This document shows positions 1 through 5,440 of a DNA stretch of 5,594 nucleotides, piece by piece (within the stretch, counting starts at the first letter, position 1; each line of letters opens with the position of its first letter). The notes under the pieces were generated by a model. That model worked only from the letters and a program-made list of their open reading frames with translations, searched no databases and had not been told where the DNA came from. Source of the DNA: a virus. Its lineage: Duplodnaviria; Heunggongvirae; Uroviricota; Caudoviricetes. The position numbers and the translations under genes were made by a program. The stretch covers positions 1 to 5,594 of IMG/VR virus record IMGVR_UViG_2663762627_000005, one strand, 5' to 3'.

Positions 1-441
1 GATTACGAAATTATGCCGCCTTTTCGCCAGTTGTCGCGCCGCACGGTGCTGCTCACACCAAAAGAATCTACCTGAACGATCAAGCGCACGGTTTTTTATC
101 ATCTCAGGCTGGTTTTTAATCCCCATCAGCTCCGGTGCTAGTGCAGCGGCCAGTTCTGCACCGTTCTGCTGCATAAAATCATGCAGTCGGTTACGGATGC
201 TGATGCGTTGCACCTCCTCATGTGAGCGGATATAGCGACCGGCGGCCTGATTAATCTCCCATTTTTTTATATCGATGAGCTCACGCAGCATCTGTAAGCA
301 GCGGGAACCCGTTGCATTGTCATCTAGCAATAATTCCTGATATTCCTGCATTGCGGCGGCCAGTTCGGTTTTACGGTTCAGCCACACGGTTTTGTTCGTC
401 TGACAGGCGTCACAGGCCTGCTGTAAGGTCAGAGTGGTCAC
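1..441 (-). CDS. psu: Psu-like polarity suppression / capsid decoration protein, 5' part only (147 codons; 3' end lies beyond the left edge)
   Basis: Reverse-strand frame open from GTG at 441-439 to position 1 with no stop. SD-like AGGAGAG sits 7 nt upstream (on the minus strand). Translation (VTTLTLQQACDACQTNKTVWLNRKTELAAAMQEYQELL...KWEINQAAGRYIRSHEEVQRISIRNRLHDFMQQNGAELAAALAPELMG) closely matches P4 Psu as I recall it. Third gene of the sid-delta-psu order. Not in the supplied ORF track because it is edge-truncated and GTG-initiated. Confidence 0.8.
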   Translation of the reverse strand, partial: MTTLTLQQACDACQTNKTVWLNRKTELAAAMQEYQELLLDDNATGSRCLQMLRELIDIKKWEINQAAGRYIRSHEEVQRISIRNRLHDFMQQNGAELAAALAPELMGIKNQPEMIKNRALDRSGRFFWCEQHRAARQLAKRRHNFVI

Positions 442-457
442 GGGTTGTCTCTCCTGA

Positions 458-703
458 TTAATGGCAGAACGGCGAGCTGTAGCAGCCTTTTACCCGACGG
501 GGTGCCACGGGGGCTGTCGGCACCGGCGCGGGTTTCTCATCGACGACCGGCGAACGTATCACTTCAAAGATGGACTCATGCGTTTTAAATGTCGCCGAGC
601 AGTGCACATTCTGGCACTGCAGGTAACTCTCTTTGACGCTGTCAGACATATAGCGGCTGGTGCGAACGTGTGCCGCCGTGCGGCAGAAAGGGCAGCGCAT
701 CAT
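458..703 (-). CDS. delta: Ogr/Delta-family zinc-finger late transcription activator (81 aa)
   Basis: ORF MMRCPFCRTAAHVRTSRYMSDSVKESYLQCQNVHCSATF... carries the Cys4 pattern C-x2-C-x22-C-x4-C and strong similarity to P2 Ogr (MFHCPLCQHAAHARTSRYI...QCQNVNCSATF). Its ATG overlaps the stop of the upstream gene (ATGA, translational coupling). Confidence 0.88.
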   Translation of the reverse strand: MMRCPFCRTAAHVRTSRYMSDSVKESYLQCQNVHCSATFKTHESIFEVIRSPVVDEKPAPVPTAPVAPRRVKGCYSSPFCH

Positions 704-1437
704 GACAATAACCCCCGAGCCTTCAGGTCAGCTTCACGTTCCTGCATTTTTTCCTGCCAGACTTTTCGCTGAACGGGAGTGGCCGCAACGTCATGCTCCA
801 TATGCGGCAGCGTGGAGGCCGACAGTCCTGTTTTAAACAGCACCGGTTCATCGGTCAGACGGATATCGCAGCCTTTCACCGCCTGCTCAAGTCGGTCTTT
901 CACCTGCTGCATAACGGCCTGTTCTGGCTGGATATAGCCCTGATGCCCGGTGGTATTGGCAAGCGGGTTATTAAGAACCAGTATGTTGAGTTTCATTGCC
1001 CTGACCAGCGCGCTACAGGTATCACGCAGGGCAACATCGAGCTCATGCTCTGCATACTGGCTGAGGACGCTGTAATGTGCCTGACGGTACGCTCTGGCCG
1101 TCCGGTCACAGACTCCCTTAAGGCTGTCCAGCTCAAAAGACAGAACCTCAGCCATATTGTCACATTCCTGCGCCAGTTCCCGCCGTGCCACGCGCGCCAG
1201 ATGGCGTTGTTTCAGCTCGTCGGTAACGACAGCACCACCGGCACGAAAGGCGGCGCGCCATGCGCCGGAATCATTGCCGTTTTCCTGCTCCAGTTCATTT
1301 TTTTGCGTTTGCACCTGGCTGATGGCCGTCGTGGTTTCATCCATACGGCTGGCATTGGCGAGATGCGCCGAGCGGGCAGTCTCAAGGCGTTCCATTGCAG
1401 GTTTAAGGTAGTCGGGAATAACAGCGGTCTGAGTCAT
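700..1437 (-). CDS. sid: Sid-like protein (capsid size determination / external scaffold), 245 aa; assignment by synteny and size
   Basis: First gene downstream of the Delta-type promoter box, followed by delta and psu as in P4. The ATG at 1437-1435 is preceded by GAGGAGA with a 6-nt spacer; the longer track ORF (to 1503) has no SD and would start inside the promoter. 245 aa is close to P4 Sid. Sequence identity to Sid not verified. Confidence 0.6.
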   Translation of the reverse strand: MTQTAVIPDYLKPAMERLETARSAHLANASRMDETTTAISQVQTQKNELEQENGNDSGAWRAAFRAGGAVVTDELKQRHLARVARRELAQECDNMAEVLSFELDSLKGVCDRTARAYRQAHYSVLSQYAEHELDVALRDTCSALVRAMKLNILVLNNPLANTTGHQGYIQPEQAVMQQVKDRLEQAVKGCDIRLTDEPVLFKTGLSASTLPHMEHDVAATPVQRKVWQEKMQEREADLKARGLLS

Positions 1438-1469
1438 GTCGGGTCTCCTCTTCGTTTCAATCTGAGGAG

Positions 1470-1528
1470 ATTCTGCCGCGCCAGACACAACAACACGATT
1501 CATTGGCGTTGTGGCAAAAATGACACAA
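1470..1528 (-). promoter_or_regulatory. Psid-like late promoter: TGT-N12-ACA dyad (1511-1528) plus candidate -10 CAGAAT (1475-1470, minus strand)
   Basis: Exact TGTggcaaaaatgacACA at 1511-1528. The dyad centre is about 55-57 bp upstream of the predicted start site and about 80 bp upstream of the sid ATG, the geometry of Ogr/Delta-activated P2/P4 late promoters. Confidence 0.6.
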
Positions 1529-1613
1529 ACAGACCTTAAAACCCGGCTGGCCAGAGAAAGGTCTCAGGAAACCCTTACTCACTGTTTGTTTTTTTACTAA
1601 TAACTATTCACTA

Positions 1614-1708
1614 CTGTTCACCTTAAGAAAAAAGATAAGTAATACAGTTAATTAAAGGGTGAACAGTTGAAGGTCTGACTGTTCACCGTCTGTTCACCAC
1701 TGTTCACC
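1614..1708. repeat. Cluster of five CTGTTCACC repeats (P4 type I iteron core TGTTCACC); crr-like alpha-binding region
   Basis: Direct copies at 1614-1622, 1679-1687, 1690-1698 and 1700-1708 (the last three phased at 11 and 10 bp), plus an inverted copy GGTGAACAG at 1658-1666. The octamer TGTTCACC is the alpha-protein binding iteron of P4 ori and crr. Confidence 0.7.
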
Positions 1709-1790
1709 CTTCTGTTTTTCTCTGCCGATACCTTTAGACTTTATTTCGATTAAAAATCAAAAATATATAACTAAAAGAAATAGAAATTGC

Positions 1791-1844
1791 TGCATTGTAA
1801 TGCAGTGATTTGCATCTGTTTGCCAGCGTTTGCCTTTGTTTGCC
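1791..1844 (+). promoter_or_regulatory. Candidate operator/PLL-region elements: perfect palindrome TGCATTGTAATGCA and three GTTTGCC direct repeats phased at exactly 10 bp
   Basis: Palindrome at 1791-1804. GTTTGCC at 1818-1824, 1828-1834 and 1838-1844. Lies 130-180 bp upstream of the vis/alpA start, with an AT-rich tract (1740-1790) just upstream. Confidence 0.4.
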
Positions 1845-1973
1845 ATAGCGAAAAGTCAATGTTTGTTTCCACGAAAATCTCACATGACCTGAGGAAAAAT
1901 ATAGACATAATAAGGAGCTACCCGAAGCCGGACGGACACGACCGGCACCGTATGGACTTTATGAGGTAGCCCG

Positions 1974-2240
1974 ATGCACACCGCTTTTTCTTCCCCGTCT
2001 TCTGCCCCTGCCGCGCCGCTGATGCCGGTCTCTGACGCCGTTCATGAGCGTTTTATTCGTCTGCCTGAAGTGATGCATTTATGCGGCCTGTCTCGTTCGA
2101 CCATTTATGACCTCATCAGCCGGGAAGCTTTCCCGAAGCAAATCTCCCTCGGCGGTAAAAACGTGGCGTGGGCGCAGTCTGAAATCACCGCATGGATGGC
2201 GGATCGCATTGCCGAACGTAACCGGGGTTATGACGCATGA
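1974..2240 (+). CDS. vis: AlpA/Vis-family small DNA-binding regulator (88 aa), MerR-like HTH
   Basis: ATG at 1974 with GAGG 7 nt upstream. The protein contains [50 protein letters not shown], characteristic of prophage AlpA/Vis/excisionase-like regulators. Same size (88 aa) and position as P4 vis (orf88) as I recall. Confidence 0.85.
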   Translation: MHTAFSSPSSAPAAPLMPVSDAVHERFIRLPEVMHLCGLSRSTIYDLISREAFPKQISLGGKNVAWAQSEITAWMADRIAERNRGYDA

Positions 2241-2788
2241 TGATGACCGTTCAGCAAACAGCCCCTTTTTCTGGCTTGCTTCTTTTCATCGTTTCCAGGT
2301 ATAGTTTTCCCGCTGCCGCAAAATCGGCAGCCGGGCGTAGGAACCCGAGTTACTTATTGGCGACACCAGACGCGCCATGCGTCTTTTTTTACGTCGTTGC
2401 TCAGGCACACCCATTTTCCGGGCTGTGGTGCTTATACCTTAGCCCCTGTCAGATAATGGTGGTCCGGGCGGGGCAGCCTTCGGGCTGGCCGGTTTCCAAT
2501 AAGGCCGGTATTCCTACCCCCGTTCGGGTCACCACCCATGAGCGTAGGAACTCCGGTGGTGGCAATTACCGCTACTTATTGGAGGTTGCCGCTATGGCTA
2601 CGACCCTCACCCTGCCACACCCGCAGTTTGTCTTTGTGTTTGCCGCCGTTCGTCGCGCAGACCGTAAACCCCGTATCTGTATGCTTCGCACCGTTGCCGG
2701 TGATGAACACGCTGCACGTCTTTCCCTCGTTCGCGATTATGTCCTCTCGTTCGCTGGCCGTCTGCCGGTTGCGGAGGTGTGCGCATGA
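2237..2788 (+). CDS. eta: Eta-like long ORF (183 aa) whose terminal part is kil; starts with three consecutive ATG codons and reads through seqA, the CI-like RNA and seqC
   Basis: About 119 codons stay open across a region that is clearly an RNA regulatory locus, in frame with kil. The start overlaps the vis stop (ATGA) and is followed by ATGATG. This matches the P4 description of eta as a nested ORF beginning upstream of PLE with three possible start codons. Whether it is translated is untested. Confidence 0.45.
   Translation: MMMTVQQTAPFSGLLLFIVSRYSFPAAAKSAAGRRNPSYLLATPDAPCVFFYVVAQAHPFSGLWCLYLSPCQIMVVRAGQPSGWPVSNKAGIPTPVRVTTHERRNSGGGNYRYLLEVAAMATTLTLPHPQFVFVFAAVRRADRKPRICMLRTVAGDEHAARLSLVRDYVLSFAGRLPVAEVCA
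2276..2305 (+). promoter_or_regulatory. Sigma70-type promoter, PLE-like: -35 TTGCTT (2276-2281), 18-bp spacer, -10 TATAGT (2300-2305)
   Basis: Good hexamers with correct spacing. Placed just upstream of seqA and the CI-like RNA and just inside the eta ORF, as expected for the constitutive early promoter of a P4-type left operon. Confidence 0.55.
2335..2361 (+). promoter_or_regulatory. seqA-like target of the immunity RNA (GTAGGAA ... CTTATTGG)
   Basis: GCGTAGGAACccgagttaCTTATTGG is complementary in two blocks to the seqB segment of the downstream RNA (CCAATAAG ... TTCCTAC at 2496-2517). Confidence 0.65.
2368..2390 (+). terminator. Intrinsic-terminator-like hairpin (AGACGC / gccat loop / GCGTCT) followed by a T7 tract
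   Basis: 6-bp stem at 2368-2373 and 2379-2384 with a T run at 2384-2390, immediately downstream of seqA in the leader. Orientation-specific: there is no U-tract on the other strand. Confidence 0.4.
2455..2537 (+). ncRNA. cI: CI-like immunity RNA (about 80 nt) carrying seqB; boundaries approximate
   Basis: A terminal helix can form between GGUGGUCCGGGCGGGG (2458-2473) and CCCCCGUUCGGGUCACCACC (2517-2536). Internal hairpin CAGCC-UUCG-GGCUG (2474-2488). The seqB segment CCAATAAGgccggtaTTCCTAC (2496-2517) is complementary to both seqA and seqC. P4 CI RNA is a processed leader RNA of about 79 nt. Confidence 0.6.
2541..2585 (+). promoter_or_regulatory. seqC-like target of the immunity RNA, overlapping the kil Shine-Dalgarno
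   Basis: AGCGTAGGAAC (2541-2551) and CTTATTGG (2575-2582) repeat the seqA blocks. The GGAGG SD of kil is at 2581-2585, so CI/seqC pairing would occlude the kil ribosome-binding site. Confidence 0.6.
2594..2788 (+). CDS. kil: Kil-like small protein (64 aa), first translated gene downstream of the PLE-like promoter
   Basis: ATG at 2594 with GGAGG 8 nt upstream. 64 codons ([64 protein letters not shown]). P4 kil is 65 aa at the same position. Function inferred from position only. Confidence 0.6.
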   Translation: MATTLTLPHPQFVFVFAAVRRADRKPRICMLRTVAGDEHAARLSLVRDYVLSFAGRLPVAEVCA

Positions 2789-3012
2789 GACACACCACCA
2801 TTACTGCCCGTGACCTCGAATGCCTTGAACATATGCGCAACGTCGGTCAGCTCGTCAGCGAACTGATGCAGGTGCAGGACTGTGCCACTGTTCGCCGTGA
2901 CCCGGCGCAGCAGTTACAGCTCACCTCCGTGATTTACCTTATGACCGCCCAGCTCGACGGCATGGTCGAACGCTGCAATCAGCACTGGCTGACCGGGGAG
3001 GACAACGTATGA
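2785..3012 (+). CDS. Hypothetical small protein (75 aa from ATG 2785; the track's GTG 2779 start gives 77 aa)
   Basis: GGAGG at 2773-2777 is 7 nt upstream of ATG 2785. The ATG overlaps the kil stop (ATGA). No recognisable motif. Occupies the slot where P4 carries small left-operon genes such as eps. Confidence 0.6.
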   Translation: MRHTTITARDLECLEHMRNVGQLVSELMQVQDCATVRRDPAQQLQLTSVIYLMTAQLDGMVERCNQHWLTGEDNV

Positions 3013-3329
3013 AACAGCCATTACCGCCCGTATTACGCGCCGCGCTCTATCGCCGTGCAGTGGCCTGTGCCTGGCTGACCCTGTGCGAACGCCAGCACCG
3101 TTACCCGCGCCTCACCCTTGACGCGCTGGAAAGCGCCATTGCTGCCGAGCTGGAGGGCTTCTACCTGCGCCAGCATGGAGAGGAAAAAGGTCGCCAGATT
3201 GCCTGTGCACTGCTCGAAGATTTAATGGAAGCCGGACCACTGAAAGCTGCCCCGTCGCTGTCCTTCCTCGGGCTCGCGGTGATGGATGAACTTTGCGCCC
3301 GCCATATCACCGCACCGGTACTGCACTGA
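3009..3329 (+). CDS. Hypothetical protein (106 aa), translationally coupled to the upstream ORF
   Basis: GGGGAGG at 2995-3001 is 7 nt upstream of ATG 3009. The ATG overlaps the upstream stop (ATGA). The ORF ends 14 nt before the primase start. No recognisable motif. Confidence 0.65.
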   Translation: MKQPLPPVLRAALYRRAVACAWLTLCERQHRYPRLTLDALESAIAAELEGFYLRQHGEEKGRQIACALLEDLMEAGPLKAAPSLSFLGLAVMDELCARHITAPVLH

Positions 3330-3343
3330 GGGAGAAAATAACA

Positions 3344-5440
3344 ATGAAAATGAACGTAACGGAAACCGTAAAACAGGCGTGCGGTCACTGGCCGCGTATT
3401 CTCCCGGCGCTGGGTGTGAAGGTGATTAAAAACCGGCATCAGGCCTGTCCGGTGTGCGGCGGCTCTGACCGCTTTCGCTTTGACGATAAAGAGGGGCGCG
3501 GGACGTGGTACTGCAATCAGTGCGGCGCGGGTGACGGGCTTAAGCTGGTCGAAAAGGTGTTCGGTGTAAATCCGTCTGAGGCCGCCCGGAAGGTGAACGC
3601 CGTCACCGGTAATCTGTCGCCGGTTGCCCCGGAAGCGATTGCGGCCGCAGAAGCCGGAACCGATGCCGACCTCCAGGCGGCGGCCGCGCTGGCCGTCAGG
3701 CTCATGGAGAAAACCCGCCCGGCCACCGGCAACGCCTACCTCACCCGCAAGGGTTTCCCCGACCGGGAATGTCTGATGCTCACAGCCATACATAAAACCG
3801 GCGGCGTGACGTTCCGCGCCGGTGATGTGGTTGTCCCGCTGTATGACGATACCGGGGCGCTGGTTAACGTTCAGCTTATTAATGCTGATGGTCTCAAACG
3901 CACCCTGAAAGGCGGTCAGGTCAAAGGGGCATGTCATATCATCGAGGGGCAGAAACAGCCCGGAAAACGCCTGTGGATTGCGGAGGGTTATGCGACCGCG
4001 CTCACCGTGCATCAACTGACCGGCGAAACCGTCATGGTGGCGCTGTCCTCCGTGAACCTCCTTTCTCTGGCGAGCCTTGCCCGTCAGAAGTCCCCGGCCT
4101 GTCAGATTGTCCTCGCCGCCGACCGTGACCTTAACGGCGACGGCCAGAACAAAGCCGCAGCGGCCGCAGGAGCCTGCGAGGGCATTGTTGCCCTGCCACC
4201 GGTGTTCGGTGACTGGAATGATGCGTTTATAGAAAAAGGTGAGGAAGCCACGCGGAAAGCCATTCATAACGCCATCCGGCCACCGGCACAAAGTCCGTTC
4301 GACACCATGAGCGAGGCGGAATTTACCGCCATGAGCGCCAGCGACAAGGCGATGCGGGTGCATGAGCATTACGGCGAAGCGCTGGCTGTGGACGCGAACG
4401 GCCAGCTTCTGTCCCGCTATGAAAACGGCATCTGGAAAAATATCCCTGCCGCCACTTTTTCACGAAATGTTGCTGATTTATTCCGGCGCGTGCGTGCCCC
4501 GTTCTCGTCGGGGAGAATCACCTCAGTGGTGGAGACGCTGAAGCTGATTATTCCTCAGCAGGAGGCACCGGCGCGCCGTCTGATTGGTTTTCGCAACGGG
4601 GTACTTGATACCCAAAGCGGCCTGTTCAGCCCGCACAGTAAATCACACTGGCTGCGCACGCTGTGCGACGTGGATTTTACCCCGCCGGTGGAAGGGGAAA
4701 CGCTGGAGACCCACGCGCCAAACTTCTGGCGCTGGCTCGACCGTGCCGCCGGTGGCAGACCGGAAAAACGCGACGTGATACTTGCCGCGCTGTTTATGGT
4801 GCTGGCGAACCGCTACGACTGGCAGCTCTTTCTCGAAGTCACCGGTCCCGGCGGAAGCGGTAAAAGTATTCTCGCCGAAATCGCGACCCTGCTCGCCGGA
4901 GAGGATAACGCCACGTCAGCCGATATCGACACACTGGAAGACCCGCGCAAGCGCGCATCCCTGACTGGTTTCTCGCTAATCCGTCTGCCTGACCAGGAAA
5001 AATGGAGCGGTGACGGGGCAGGACTCAAAGCCATCACCGGCGGCGATGCGGTCTCAGTTGACCCGAAATACCAGAACCCGTACTCAACACATATTCCGGC
5101 GGTGATTCTGGCCGTGAACAATAACCCGATGCGCTTCACTGACCGCAGCGGCGGTGTGTCACGCCGCCGGGTGATTATTCATTTCCCGGAGCAGATTGCC
5201 CCGGAGGAACGCGACCCGCAGCTCAGGGATAAAATTGCGCGCGAGCTGGCCGTTATCGTGCGCCAGCTTATGCAGAAATTCAGCGACCCGATGGCAGCGC
5301 GCACTCTGCTCCAGTCGCAGCAGAACTCCGATGAAGCGCTCAGCATCAAGCGTGATGCTGACCCGACGTTTGATTTTTGTGGCTATCTGGAAATGCTGCC
5401 GCAGACCAACGGGATGTTGGTAATGGTGCCAACTTACTGA
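3344..5440 (+). CDS. alpha: P4 alpha-type primase-helicase, C-terminus apparently replaced by IS1-derived codons (native codons end near 5418)
   Basis: Start ATG 3344 (MKMNVTETV...) with GAGGGAG upstream; the track's earlier ATG 3293 lies inside the preceding gene. Zinc-ribbon CPVCGG...WYCNQCG, primase EGYATA motif, TOPRIM-like AADRDLNGDG, and Walker A GPGGSGKS (about 4844-4867). The last 7 codons and the stop (5420-5440) lie inside the IS1 terminal inverted repeat. 699 aa versus about 777 aa for P4 alpha. Confidence 0.88.
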   Translation: MKMNVTETVKQACGHWPRILPALGVKVIKNRHQACPVCGGSDRFRFDDKEGRGTWYCNQCGAGDGLKLVEKVFGVNPSEAARKVNAVTGNLSPVAPEAIAAAEAGTDADLQAAAALAVRLMEKTRPATGNAYLTRKGFPDRECLMLTAIHKTGGVTFRAGDVVVPLYDDTGALVNVQLINADGLKRTLKGGQVKGACHIIEGQKQPGKRLWIAEGYATALTVHQLTGETVMVALSSVNLLSLASLARQKSPACQIVLAADRDLNGDGQNKAAAAAGACEGIVALPPVFGDWNDAFIEKGEEATRKAIHNAIRPPAQSPFDTMSEAEFTAMSASDKAMRVHEHYGEALAVDANGQLLSRYENGIWKNIPAATFSRNVADLFRRVRAPFSSGRITSVVETLKLIIPQQEAPARRLIGFRNGVLDTQSGLFSPHSKSHWLRTLCDVDFTPPVEGETLETHAPNFWRWLDRAAGGRPEKRDVILAALFMVLANRYDWQLFLEVTGPGGSGKSILAEIATLLAGEDNATSADIDTLEDPRKRASLTGFSLIRLPDQEKWSGDGAGLKAITGGDAVSVDPKYQNPYSTHIPAVILAVNNNPMRFTDRSGGVSRRRVIIHFPEQIAPEERDPQLRDKIARELAVIVRQLMQKFSDPMAARTLLQSQQNSDEALSIKRDADPTFDFCGYLEMLPQTNGMLVMVPTY

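Noticed and set aside
461-772. 103-aa plus-strand ORF
   Set aside because: Antisense to the delta gene, whose Ogr-type zinc finger identifies the real coding strand.
793-1539. 248-aa plus-strand ORF (and nested 1157..1411)
   Set aside because: Lies entirely antisense to the sid-like gene, has no SD, and its start falls in the promoter region; typical shadow ORF of a GC-rich coding strand.
1860-1920. Exact TGT-N12-ACA Delta box for the vis-side promoter
   Set aside because: Only TGT-N15-ACA (1864-1884) is present, with the wrong spacing and position relative to candidate -10 hexamers, so no Delta box is called on this side.
1787-1969. 60-aa plus-strand ORF in the control region
   Set aside because: Overlaps the palindrome and phased-repeat region, has no SD and a low-complexity Cys/Phe-rich sequence; more likely regulatory DNA.
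2107-2304. 65-aa plus-strand ORF overlapping vis and the PLE-like promoter
   Set aside because: Out of frame within the AlpA/Vis-like gene and extends across the promoter hexamers; no independent support.
2455-2537. Possible tRNA (acceptor-like helix and a CCA-like 3' end)
   Set aside because: No cloverleaf with D and T arms or anticodon loop can be drawn; the structure fits a P4-type CI RNA, itself an RNase P substrate, better than a tRNA.
2538-2840. 91-aa plus-strand ORF and 77-aa minus-strand ORF overlapping kil
   Set aside because: Alternative frame and antisense of the kil region; kil has the strong SD and fits the operon's translational coupling.
3293-3343. Upstream ATG start for the primase (track ORF begins at 3293)
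   Set aside because: That ATG lies inside the preceding 106-aa gene and has no SD; ATG 3344 has a GAGGGAG ribosome-binding site and follows the upstream stop.
3161-4369. 402-aa minus-strand ORF (and 3517..3732, 4813..5139 minus-strand ORFs)
   Set aside because: Antisense to the primase-helicase gene, whose conserved primase, TOPRIM and Walker A motifs fix the coding strand; no RBS; Arg/Gly-rich composition typical of antisense frames.
3931-4964. Several 60-66-aa plus-strand ORFs inside the primase gene (3931, 4584, 4663, 4782)
   Set aside because: Out-of-frame internal ORFs of a high-GC gene; Arg-rich, no ribosome-binding sites.
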